Below are positions 14,040 to 25,733 of a DNA stretch of 64,000 bases, in pieces. A model generated the notes under the pieces. That model saw only the letters and a list, made by a program, of their open reading frames with translations. It was not told the origin of the DNA and ran no database searches. Made by a program: the position numbers and the translations under genes. This DNA is from Octopus vulgaris (lineage: Eukaryota). Position 1 is the stretch's first letter. The number at the start of each line of letters is the position of its first letter. The stretch is taken from positions 69,068,001 to 69,132,000 of the forward strand of contig OX597828.1 of NCBI GenBank assembly GCA_951406725.2. Reading direction: 5' to 3'.

Positions 14040-14437
14040 CAAATTGGCATATTTGATGGTTGAATGTTTATTTCAGGAGGTACCATTTGATATTTCTCTC
14101 TCTTCTAGTTGTCTGGTTTATAAGGGGAAAAAAACAACAGAAAATCAGTAAAAATAGAAGGTTAAGTTTTGGATATTATAAGGTGATTAATGGTAGACAG
14201 CTGGTAAAGTGGCACCCTTCACCAAATAATATCTCTTATGACCCTTGATTGCTACATCAGTTAATGGGATTCTTTTTGAGAAAGGAGGTGAGAGGAAGAG
14301 GGGAGAGACAGGACAAGAGAGGGACAGAAGTGAAGAAATGCTCAGACTGAAAGAAAGACAGAGGGAAAGATGGAGAAAGAAAAAGAGAGTTGGAGATAAT
14401 GAGAATGAAAAAGTTAAAATTAAAGAGAAAAATATGT

Positions 14438-14580
14438 AGAGAGAGAGAGAGAGAGAGAGTGAGAGAGAGAGAGCGAGAGAGAGAGAGAGAGAGAGAGAGA
14501 GTGAGAGAGCAAGAGAGAGAGTGAGAGAGAGAGAGCAAGAGAGAAAGTGAGAGAGAGAGAGCGAGAGAGAGAGAGAGAGA
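14438..14580. repeat. (GA)n microsatellite in purine-rich tract
   Basis: Interrupted GA run; source of LS/ER ORFs. Confidence 0.95.
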
Positions 14581-14822
14581 TGATAGAGATTAAATTAGTG
14601 AAAACACCAGATAAAACAGAGAGTAGGAGAGTATGAGGGAGAAGATGAAAAAGAGAAATAACAGATGGAGGAATAAAGTGCAAGAGAAGAAAAGTGAGAG
14701 GGAAAGAAAAGAGAAAGAAGCTTAAGTATTAATGGACCGTGGATATGTGAGTTTCTTGAAGCATTTATCAGTAAATAAAGGAGCAACTATGGAGTTACTC
14801 AATGTTTAATGTAGCAATAGTC

Positions 14823-15905
14823 TTTCAATAGTCTTTTTCAACTTTTTCGAAAAGTCTTTTTTTTGCAACCTTTTCAAGAGTCAAGACTATTGAAAAGGTT
14901 GCAAGACACAACGAAAATTTTAGGACAATAAAAATAAGAAAAAAAAGTGGAAATTTTACCAGTGAGTGTGTTAGATTATAAGGCACAAAAAGAAAATGAC
15001 TCTCTCCAGACACAATAGAATTTTTATATTGTTTTCCTGCATTTTTTTTAAATGGGAGGATGTGATTTGAGGGAGAATTTGCTGCTATTTCTAGAAGCTT
15101 AAGCAACCATGCTGAAGCAGATTCATTAAGTTTCTCTCAATGAACTGGTGGCTACTTTTAAAGCGTTGGGCAGAAATAAGGTTTAAACCCTAAGAAGAAT
15201 AAAAAATTTTCTCACAGTAAAAATGGAAGGATCATATCAGGAATAGGAAGTTGAATGAGACTTCAAGACGCTGAAATTAAGATACTTTAGTCATCAGATC
15301 TGCATATCATTGTTGTTGATGTTTTTTAGTCCCGGGTCAACATTGATAATGAAGATCTCTGATCAAAGGTATTCCTGCTATGACCATCACATTAATTTTA
15401 GAACTACATAACTTTTATATTTCGTTTTTGGATTTGGTTTGCAAGATTCTTTATATGAGTTTGTGTGTTGAAGCATATTCTATTGTGTCTGGGGAGAGTC
15501 TTTTTCTTTTTGGGCCTTATAATCTGAGACACTAACTGGTAAAATTTTCCCTTATTTCCTATTTTATTTTCTTAAAATTTTCGTTGCGTCTTGCAACCTT
15601 TTCAATAGTCTTTTTCAACTTTTTCAAAAAGTCTTTTTTGCAACCTTTTCAAGAGTCAAGACTATTGAAAATGTTGCAAGACACAACGAAAATTTTAGGA
15701 CAATAAAAATAAGAAAAAAAGTGAAAATTTTACCAGTGAGTGTGTTAGATTATAAGGTACAAAAAGAAAATGACTCTCTCCAGACACAATAGAATTTTTA
15801 TATTGTTTTCCTGCATTTTTTTTAAATGGGAGGATGTGATTTGAGGGAGAATTTGCTGCTATTTCTAGAAGCCCAAGCAACCATGCTGAAGCAGATTCAT
15901 TAAGT
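14823..15905. repeat. Local ~305-bp direct duplication (14823-15131 and 15600-15905) plus inverted Penelope-like termini (15476-15610 versus 15660-15800)
   Basis: Near-identical blocks from tttcaatagtc to gcagattcattaagt; inverted arms share gtgtctgg..gagagtc..ttttctttttg..ccttataatct..cacact.actggtaaaattt. Confidence 0.9.
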
Positions 15906-16194
15906 AGTCATACCTGTATATTCTTTGAAAAAGTCATTTTGTTATATAAAAATCAATCAACTGATATTCTCTTTAACTCTTAAAAGTTATTGCAGTGCTT
16001 TCTCTATATAAATATCCTACACCTGTTAGAAATTAGAAATTTTGGTGAAAATGCAGTCATAACAATAGAAATCATTAAAAAATAACTATTGAATGAATTT
16101 GGTTGGAACTTGGTGATAAGATGTAATGATTGTTGCTGTACATTGTCAATAAGGTTTTTACCTGTTGTTCATTAGACAAGGATATTTTTGCATG

Positions 16195-16418
16195 ATTGCC
16201 AGTACTACCTGACTGGCCCCTGTGCCGGTGGCACGTAAAAAGCACCCACTACACTCTCAGAGTGGTTGGCATTAGGAAGGGCATCCAGCTGTAGAAACTC
16301 TGCCAGATCAAGATTGGAGCCTGGTGCAGCCATCTGGTTCGCCAGTCCTCAGTCAAAATCGTCCAACCCATGTTAGCATGGAAAGCGGATGTTAAACGAT
16401 GATGATGATAATGATGAT
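16195..16418 (+). mobile_element. Retroposon family C copy
   Basis: Body plus gttaaacgatgatgatg tail. Confidence 0.85.
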
Positions 16419-16548
16419 ATCGTGAGCATTGTTTTCTTATCTGAGCTCCAGTAATCTTTGTAAGCTGGAGGTTGCATAACTCCCAAGAGAAAAAGCATTC
16501 TGAGATATAACTTCATCTTCTCCATTAATGTAATGAAGTTGGTATTGC

Positions 16549-16895
16549 CCTACACTCGCCTCCTTATGAGAGCTCAAAATCTCTCATGGAAGCGTCATCC
16601 AACCAAAATGCAAATATATGGGAAACTACCACCTGTGTCATCTCTTGTGAAAGGTAAGAGAGTCCAGTTTGCTGGACATTGTTGTAGAGCTGAAAAAGAG
16701 GTAATTTCTACTCTTCTCCTCTGGAAGCCATCTACTCGCAATACCAGAGGGCGCACACTCTCCTACCCTGATGTAATCTCCAGGAATACAGGCATCCAGC
16801 AACAGGACCTCCGTAATGCCATGATGGACTGTGAAGTCTGGCGTAGCATGGTAAATTCCATTGTCTCGACCACGGTCAAACAATGATGATGATGA
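16549..16895 (+). mobile_element. RTE-clade LINE 3' fragment
   Basis: YTRLLMRAQNLSWKRHPT...RVQFAGHCCRA...LLLWKP...RGR..LSYPDVI...AMMD.EVWR then (GAT)n tail; same family as 62526-62928. Confidence 0.85.
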
Positions 16896-18281
16896 TTACG
16901 GCTTCATTGCTCAACTTGATATAAAATTCTTCAGGAAAAAGTTGATAAAATGCTCAGTGGGTTTCCCTTTTAACTTAAAAGGCTTTTTTTTAAAGTCTAC
17001 ATCTCTAATAAAAGCATCAATGCAATGACCAAATGTTATCATTCCACTCCTGTTTTGGATAAACTCTGTCATCATTGCTTGAAATAAATTCCACTCAGTC
17101 AGTGTGTACAGATGACACTGAAGTATCATTCTGATTATTTTTTTAAAGTCCAAACTTTCTTTCTCTGATTAAACCATGAATAACATCACCTAATTCTATT
17201 TCAATGCTTGAGTATTGAGTGCTATGATGGCTGAAAGTCACAGCAAAACAAAAATCATCCACAAAAATTCACTGAATAAACAACAAGATTAAACACAGAT
17301 GGTGTAAACAGGAAGTCTTTTGACAGAAAGTTCTTTATAAAATGAGGCTAATGTTTGTGTCTCACACAGAAGAGTGCTTAGTCCTTATTTTCAAGTTCCA
17401 AACAATGACACCTCTTGAGCTACAGTCACTTGCAGTTCAGAATTTGGTGACAGTTGTGGATATTTATGGTACAAGTCAGCGAGAGTTAATAAAATTAGAA
17501 TCTAAGTAAACTAGTGATGATCTGCACGGCAAAAATGAATACAACTTGTTCAAACAAAGAACGTGGTGGTTAAGGAATGTCTCTATGAAACCAATAGATA
17601 TGGTACCATTTCTTTAAATACATTGACAAATTATTTATGAGAATAAACAGAGGTAATTCCAGAAAATAGCAACACTAGGGTCTAAAAACATTATTAGGAT
17701 ATTCTGACATTTGTTAACCTAGAACGTTCTTCTTTAACTTGAACCCCTCAATGAATATTTTTGTTAACCTTGAACGTTCTTGTTAACTAGCAACAACGAC
17801 AACACCAACAACAACATGTACTTAATCCTTGTTCTAGAAACTCCTTATGTATGTCTCAAAACATGGATAATAAGATAGCACTGCTACTACTACTGTTGCT
17901 AGAAGAAGAAAAAGAAGAACAACAACAACACCAATAACAAGAGGTAACATGAAAGAGGTGATTGAAAACTGAACCAGCCTTTTAATAGACAAATACTGAT
18001 ATGTCAAATACTGTACAACAAAAATTCTTGGTTCATTAAAATTATCTCTACTGCTAGAGGCTGTAGCTGAAGTACCGACTGGCAATTATGACCAGCTCCA
18101 CTTGAGGAGGGGAGATAATCTTAAGATTCAAGGACTTCAAAACTGGTTGGCCATTAAAGAAATGGACAGGCTTATTGTCTGGAGATAAGAGAATGGTCAT
18201 AGACATGCGTTTCTGGTTCAGTAGCCTTCATCAGCATGACAATTGCCCAGCCTTATCTCCACACAGCCGAAGGACTTAGGC

Positions 18282-19844
18282 CAGAGGTGGGGAACCATTT
18301 TACGCTGAAAGGCCACATTAAGTTAGTTGTAAGGCAGCATTCAAGCAATTTCAATTAGATACTCTTCAAAAGTCTACATTATTTTGTAAAAGTCTAACAA
18401 ATGCAAAAAATTTGTTAATTCTAAAGTTAACTAACCTTTTAATGAGTTTGTTGACTGTGAGTTGTAGGAAAGCCTTCGAATATTTGGTTGCAACATAGAA
18501 ATCTGTAGTTTCAGCTAATCCTCTAGACGGGTATTTGTCATTTGTGGCCTTAAGGGTATCTTGATTATGGTAAGGCAGGAGAATGTAGAATTTGCAGCAA
18601 TAAGTGGTTGAAAAGCAAGAAAGCATTTTTTGTGCTTATTACCAAAGACAAGCATTTTTTCCATATTGCAATGAGATCTTTCTCAATATTAAATAAGAAC
18701 TTTAAAATGTCATCTTCTGAAAGCTCAATTCTGTCTGTAGTTCTTTAGGAGCTTTGGAGACATCAACTACCTGAGGTGAAAATACAATTCTGTTGCGGCC
18801 CAAACGAAGTATAAAACCTGCACTGAGTGAGTTGTATGAGTGGATTCATGCAAAGTAATTAAATAATATATATTTTCCTTTTGGAATTTTGTGTGAAGTT
18901 GTTCTGCTAATTCATGCTGCCGGTCAGTTAGGATTCTCCTTGAAAGGGGCAGTTGTTTGTACTTTAAAACTTTATGGTGGGGCCAAGCATCCTGCAACTT
19001 CTACAAGGCATTCTTTTATGTTTTCCATATCCCTGAATGGCTTCCTCCCCCACCCCACGTATATAAGCTGCTTTATAAGTTGCTTTTGTGGCATTATTTC
19101 CAGGTTTTACCACTGCTTGAAACAACTGCTTCTGCTTTTGCTTTCCCATAATGCAACCTTTCACATCCCTTCCTCTAGTCTGAAATGTTTGTGATCATTA
19201 CAAGTGGCTTGATGCTGATGAGCATGAAGATTTTTCAATGTTGATATGCAGCGTCACAAAGCAAGCAAATTCTCTTATCTTTAGCAGACAAAAAAATAAT
19301 AATTTTGCCATTCTCAATCCTCACGGAAACCTCTGTTTTCTTCGTTCAGAGTTCTCTCGGTCTTCTTTGACACGATGGACTGTTAAGCAGACAGAATAAA
19401 AACAATAAAGTAAATATGCAGATATGGTCAGGCTATGCAACTATTCTCAAATTCCAGTTCAAATGGAAAGCCATGTGCACCATTGTCACAAGTTGATAAT
19501 CATTGATGTACTGGACCCATCATGGGCTCTCGCTAACCATCCTTGGTTATTAGTAGTGCTAGTCACATGATGAAGTTAACATATTATCTAGAGTCACATT
19601 AGAACTAGGTGCCAAAAATAATCCTGATGACTTACTAATTTTTTAATTGTGGCAGTCAGTTGGGGAGAATTATTTCAATGAACTTTATTTTACTCTTTGG
19701 TATTTTAAAGAAGTTCATTTTAAAGTTAAAATTAAAATAATAAAAGACAAAGCCATTAATAAAAACAAAAGATTTGTTCAAAAAGCCATGCGTAATGACC
19801 GAGAAGGTTGTATGCAGCCTTAAAGCAATGGTTCCCCACCCCTG
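18282..19844 (-). mobile_element. hAT/Charlie (GTF2IRD2/SPIN-like) DNA transposon, internally deleted and degenerate
   Basis: 18-bp TIRs CAG(A/G)GGTGGGGAACCATT at 18282 and 19844; 8-bp flanks acttaggc / acatagac (6/8 match, central TA); transposase remnants ICLLC, ATYKAAYI, PLSRR...ITLHESTHTTHSVQVLYFV (cf. ALDESTDxxxxAQLxxFV). Confidence 0.85.
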
Positions 19845-20636
19845 ACATAGACATATACAAAATAGAAGAGAAAGCAGTTATGGCATAGGTAATTTGCATA
19901 ATTTAGACAAAAATGAACTAAGAGAAATAACTCAAAGTAGCCAGTGACATGCATTTCAATAAGATGGATAAACACCAGTATGTTAAATACCATACAACAA
20001 AAATTCTTGAACCAAAACTCATGGATTTAAAAATATGATAAATGTACTGAAAATGACACTGCTAGTCACCACACATATACTATTTAAATCACTTTTGATA
20101 CAGTAAACACAACAAAAATAAACAAAATATTGCACATATGCAAAGTACATAGAACTACATTTACTCGGTAGTGCAGTGGAAGCTCTAGTAAGAATAAGAC
20201 TACTGAACAACAAGAACAACAACAGTAATGACAACAATAATCCTTTCCACTATAAGCACAAGCCTGAAATCTTAGGGGAGAGAGAGAGAGCCAGTGGATT
20301 ACATGAACCCTAGTGCTTGACTGGTACTTATTTCATTGACCTTGGTGGAATTGGAATTCAGAACATAAGGAAAGCTGAAATGCCACTAAGCATTTTGTTT
20401 GGCATTTTAACGAATCTGCAAGCTCACTGCCTTAACAACACCAACACCACCAACATCACCAACAACAACAATAATAGTAATAAGTACAGCATTGATAAAA
20501 CAATAGAAGCATTTCTGTGTAGATTGTGCAGAAAAATGAAATGTAGAAAAGCGAAACAAAGTTTATGAATTTTCATTAATGTTTGTGTACAATACTCAAT
20601 CAGTGGCAACAGGGATTATTTCTGTTGTAGATATAT

Positions 20637-20855
20637 TGCTTTACTACCCACAAGGGGCTAAATATAGAGGGGACAAACAAGGACAGACAGACGGATTAAG
20701 TCGATCACATTGACCCCAGTACTTTATTTAGCGATCCCGAAAGGATGAAAGGCAAAGTCGACCTCGGCGGAATTTGAACTCAGAACATAACGGCAGACGA
20801 AATACCGCTAAGCATTTCGCCCGGTGTTCTAATGTTTCTGCTAGTTCGCCGCCTG
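20637..20855 (-). mobile_element. SINE family A copy
   Basis: Near full-length match to 55291-55519 with a small internal deletion. Confidence 0.88.
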
Positions 20856-20947
20856 TTAGTAATACAGAAAATACCATGACACAGTTGTACAGTGGGTATG
20901 GGCTAAAGTGTATTGGCAATTAGTACAAACACAAACCCTTTCCAGTT

Positions 20948-21312
20948 TTGGAGAATAATCGAGTGAAATGCATGTGGTGCATGGGAGTCTGTACAGATAA
21001 GATGCTGCAACAGAATCATCCAGTTATCTCTCTTCTATGGAAAAAGACTAAAGAATGGATCTTCATTGACATAACAGGACCTGTAGATCAGAACATTGTG
21101 GAGAATGAGAAAGCTCAAAGATATCACAACCTGGCATTTGAAGCGGAGCATATTCGTAGAGCCTCAATAATGAGTGTGATACTCATTGTGATTGGTGCAC
21201 TAAAAATCAACTCAAAGAACACAAAAACTTGGCATGAAAAGTTGGAACTATCAGACACCAGACAGCCATATTTGGAACAGTGCATGCATTAAGGAAAGTG
21301 TTGCATCTATAA
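20948..21312 (+). mobile_element. RLE-type non-LTR retrotransposon (R4/NeSL/R2-like) endonuclease fragment
   Basis: ENNRVKCMW...TDK....HPVI...WIFIDITGPVDQNIVE.EKAQRYHNL...IVIGAL resembles the ENxxxKILWD..TD..RPDI..IDIxxPxDxNI..EKxxKYxDL..IVIGALG restriction-like endonuclease domain. Confidence 0.75.
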
Positions 21313-21885
21313 GTTGCAGGAAGGAGCTGAGACATGATATAGGTAACTAGGAACATTAAAACTAGAGAAGATTATGATAACAATAATGGGTTCTAATTTA
21401 GGCATAAAGCTCACTCTAGTCAAGTATGATAGATAAACACCTCATCCTTCTACTCATTTTCATTTTACTTCACAATTACTCCAATTGTAGGGCTCCATTA
21501 TCATTGAAGATTTCTCCTGGTGAAAGTCAAACAGACATATGATCAAAGACATTCCACTGATGGCCATCCCATTTTATTCTTTGACATTATACAGTATGAA
21601 GGTATCCAGTATATACAGTATTCAGTTTGTTAGGGGTTGATTTGAGGGAGATTTGGCTGCTATTTCTAACATATCAATGTGAATGAGATTTACCAGTCTA
21701 AAAGGATATTAATGATTATACGATGCTTTATTTACAAGATATTTTTGTGTATGAGTGGACAATGACACACACACACACATAAACACTCATATATTTATAT
21801 ACAATATTTTAAAGACTGTTTTTCCAACCAACATAAGTTGGTTAAGTTTGAAGTATATTTTATGGCCACTTCTCTTCATTTTGGG

Positions 21886-21947
21886 TCATCTTTTCTGTGA
21901 GTCAGTCTCAACAGATATAGATGGCCCATGCTGACATGAGCAGATAA
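21886..21947 (-). CDS. ULK3: Candidate ULK3 terminal coding exon: (F)ICSCQHGPSISVETDSQKR*
   Basis: Nearest strong acceptor after the 22155 donor (long T tract, ttggcAG at 21948-21949); read in phase 1 it is open to TGA at 21886-21888. No homology or transcript support. Confidence 0.45.
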
Positions 21948-22154
21948 CTGCCAAGACAATTAAAAAAAATAAAAAAAATAAAAAAGAACCGAGATCAATA
22001 AAATTAAAATAAATAGAATTATGATAAATTATGAATAAATAACAAAAAAAAAACTTAGCAAACAACTAAGATAAAGCTAAAAAAATCATACAATCTTTGA
22101 AGAAATAAGGGTTTGCATAGTGTGTATATTCTTGGATATATAAATATTACTTAC

Positions 22155-22263
22155 AATTTGTCATTTCTGATTCTTCGTCAAGTGTTGGTATATCGTTCTG
22201 TGTCAACTTTGGTACAGATTGATACCGTTTGATCTCTTCAGCTTTATCCAATGCTTTGTATGC
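22155..22263 (-). CDS. ULK3: ULK3 exon, end of MIT2 and C-tail: AYKALDKAEEIKRYQSVPKLTQNDIPTLDEESEMTN
   Basis: tccAG acceptor, GTAAGT donor, 109 nt, phase 0 to 1; KAEEIK is the MIT helix-3 motif. Confidence 0.9.
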
Positions 22264-22717
22264 CTGGACAGGAGAGAAAAACTAAATATATATGAGAATG
22301 TTTATTTAAATTCAAAAGCATGTAGTTACATATAGAATTTTTCATAATTGCTGACAAATCCTGTTTTAGTGAAGTGAAGACAAAAATAATACTAAATGCC
22401 AAGAACTCTCAAAGTTAAAGGAACCCAGGTCATGGGAGACTTTGGATGAAGTAGGGAAGGCTGAGCTGAAGATGCTGCATAACAAAGAACCATGCTGATT
22501 GGTGACAAGAAATGCTGTAGACGACCCAACCACCCATGATGTAATGTGCTCTAGTATGAGAGTAGAGTTCAAAATACAGTACTTTGTACTCTACCAAAGC
22601 ACTCAATACACATTTTACTACTCACCTCAACTTACATCCTTCGAACCTTTTGAACTCCCCCCTTCTTCATTCGCCACTAGGTTTATGTATGGAACTTATG
22701 CTTATACTTATATATAT

Positions 22718-22932
22718 ATAGGGAGAGTTTACGAAAAAAACAAAAGACGAAGATAGGTGGTGTACAAAACAAACAGATGTATTAGTATAATGCTCAGGAA
22801 TAGAAAAAGTCTTTTACGTTTCGAGCCTACGCTCTTCTACAGAAAGGGACACAGAAAAAACAAGGAGAGAAAAAAAAGGAGAGAAAAAAAAGAGACAAAA
22901 AAATGTGTGTAGGCTAACGATCTATCATGGCG
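22718..22932 (-). mobile_element. Penelope-like terminal remnant with A6U hammerhead-like motif (22811-22846)
   Basis: Minus strand CTTT-CTGTAGA-A-GAGC-gtag-GCTC-GAAACGTA-AAAG; homologous to 7732-8021. Confidence 0.6.
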
Positions 22933-23514
22933 ATATATATATATACATATATCCCTAATCTGTATTCACATCTATGTATTAACTTAATAAAAAAACACCT
23001 ATATATATTACATACACACATACAACTACATCTAGACCATCAACCATCCTCCTACTCTTGATTACCATTCACTACATTCACCCTTACCTTCACCTCTAAA
23101 CATTTCTCATCCCCCACATACACTCCTGCAATCTCTGCTCACCCATCCTTCTCGATTGTATGTTCCTCTACATTCTCTTCTATTCTTCCTTTTTGTACCT
23201 TGAGTGTGTTTATATCCCCATAACTTAGCAGTTTGGCAAAAGGGATTGATAGAATAAGTATTGGACTTAAAATATTATGTACCAGGGTTGATTTGTTCAA
23301 CTAAGACTCTTCAAAGTGGTGCCCCAGCATGGCCACAGTCTCTTGACTGAAACAAGTAAAAGATAAAAGATACTGCATGTAGTACTACATTATCCAACAG
23401 GTCTTTCTTCTATACGGCAGCAGCTGAGGGAAATTTGACTAATATTTTTAGCAAATTAAATGACTGCAAATAGGTTCCTCTCACTGGTTTGTAGACTCCT
23501 ATCCTTCATTTGAT

Positions 23515-23896
23515 ATACTCTTTACTCTTTTACTCGTTTCAGTCACGTGACTGTGGCCATGCTGGAGCACTGCCTTTAGTCGAGCAAATCAACCCCAGGA
23601 TTTATTCTTTGGAAGCCTAGTACTAATTCTATCGGTCTCTTTTGCCGAACCGCTAAGTTACGGTTGTCAAGCGATGTTGGGGGACAAACACAGACACAAA
23701 AACATATACGTACATATATATATATATATACAACGGGCTTCTTTTCAGTTTCCGTCTACCAAATCCACTCAAAAGGCTTTGGTCGGCCCGAGGCTATAGT
23801 AGAAGACACTTGCCCAAGGTGTCACGCAGTGGGACTGAACCCAGAACCATGTGGTTCGTAAGCAATTTACTTACCACACAGCCAATCCTATGCCTA
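23515..23896 (-). mobile_element. CORE-type SINE family B
   Basis: Reverse complement of the 42604-43023 family; an inverted partial copy sits at ~23200-23370. Confidence 0.88.
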
Positions 23897-24772
23897 TATT
23901 AAGAAACATGCCTAAAATAAAAGCAACTAAAAATATAACAGATGAAGATGACAGAAACCAGCCACACTATATTTCTCTGTTTATCTAATGTCATTTATGT
24001 TTGTATAACAAATTTTATTGGTGCATGCAGACATGCCTTAGGAAAATTTTAAAGGCAACTGCATTAGTTATTCACTGTCAGATAAGCCATGATGAACAGA
24101 AGTATGTTTGTAACTAGTCACTTTGGAGGGAAAATATTTTTTTAATGAATACACAGATTAACACACACACACACACACATACTTGCATGCATGTAGACAT
24201 GCACACACTAGAGTTAGGGAGGAGGATTTTACATAGATTTCACATGTACACACACGTAGACCAACACAAGCACACAAAAACATACACACACACACACAAT
24301 AATTAAAAACGAGCACATTATATTTTTTTAAATAAGCACACACATACACACACACACACACATACACACACACACATAAAGCTTAAATTTCTGAATATGT
24401 ACACATCAGCAAACATACTTCTACTTAAGGAAGAGTACACTCCATATGTTTATCTATACATAACATAACACCATACACATGCAAACACATAAGCAAACAC
24501 ACAACTAACACATACACAACAGTGAGAGACAAGGCAGTCACATTTATTTGATTCGCCAGAAAGAGCAGCCAGATATCTTTCTTAAATCCCAGTCTACCAA
24601 CTTGAAAATGAAAGGAGGCAGTGGACAATATATTCTTAGAAGTAGCATAAAAAGCTGGAATAGTCTCAGATTGTTTTGATCATGGATCTACTCACTCAGT
24701 ACTGACCTAGTGTTAAATAATAACAGCACAACAATTTTTGCTGGTGAGCATAGAAGACAAATTTCAACTTAC

Positions 24773-24813
24773 CTCTTGGTGTAGTAATTCTTTTCTCTTG
24801 CCTTTTGGTTCAC
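24773..24813 (-). CDS. ULK3: ULK3 exon (MIT2): (S)EPKGKRKELLHQE
   Basis: tacAG acceptor, GTAAGT donor, 41 nt, phase 1 to 0; resembles vertebrate EPPGRRRELLHTE. Confidence 0.93.
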
Positions 24814-25130
24814 CTGTAATATATAATAGTTACTCTATTAATATGTGTCAGTGTGTGTGTAAATATATAATATCAAGGGCTATTACTGTGCATAAAAGCC
24901 ACATGCCTTAATGGGACTCTAAAGTTGGTTTAGATTTTATCCTTATATTTACACACACACATTAATATATACAGTACATAGCTATGAGCTACAAATAGCT
25001 TCATGCTTTGAAGATCTTATCTAAGCAGGTTTTCAAAGCACATCTAGTGTCTCCAAGTAATCTCTAGGCTCTGGGCACATGGCCGATACAAGTTGATCTT
25101 ACCTGAATGGAAAAGTAAACTGTGTATGCA

Positions 25131-25162
<32 letters not shown>

Positions 25163-25264
25163 GTTAATCCAAACATGAAAACACAAAGAGAAAACACAAC
25201 AATGTGAGGACGTGGAACAAGCATAGTGTTATTGGACGCTCAGGAAAGGAAAGAAAGACGGGGG

Positions 25265-25299
25265 ATTTAACGTTTCGAGCAGAGCTCTTCGTCAGAAAC
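25265..25299 (-). ncRNA. Minimal type-I hammerhead ribozyme-like motif with intact core, inside Penelope-like remnant ~25165-25378
   Basis: GTTT-CTGACGA-A-GAGC-tct-GCTC-GAAAC-GTT-AAAT: CUGANGA and GAAA cores, 4-bp helix II, palindromic ACGU helix III, short helix I. Confidence 0.65.
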
Positions 25300-25584
25300 A
25301 TAGGAAAAGGAAAGATCCAAGGAAGGGAAGACAGAGGAAAAAAATCGCCAACGGTACACACGCGGTCACATTTTGAATATATATATGAGTGAAAATGAAA
25401 ATAAATATGATATTTGCTTTTTAATCAGATCTGATAGCATATAAGTGTCATTCTACCTTTCATGTGCAAAAACAGGGAAATAAATAAAAAATGAAAACAA
25501 AAAGAAAACTTTATTAGATGTGTGCAACAATTAATTGATTAGAAATGGATAAGTAACTGATTATAAACAATTTCATAAACACTC

Positions 25585-25712
25585 GGGAAGCAGTGAAAGA
25601 GGCAGATCCAGGAAGATGTGGGACGATGGATAAGAAATGATTTTCAGATGTTGAGCCTCACAGAGGAAATGACAAGGGACTGAAACTTCTGGTGATATGC
25701 TGTGTTTGAGAA
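25585..25712 (+). mobile_element. RTE-like LINE 3' fragment
   Basis: Degenerate RGRSRKMWD..RNDFQMLSLTEEMTRD..FW..AVFE. Confidence 0.55.
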
Positions 25713-25733
25713 TATAGTAAATAATATAGTAAA

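Noticed and set aside
16911-17153. 80-aa minus-strand ORF starting LDFKK
   Set aside because: No recognisable domain and no phase-compatible splice link to ULK3.
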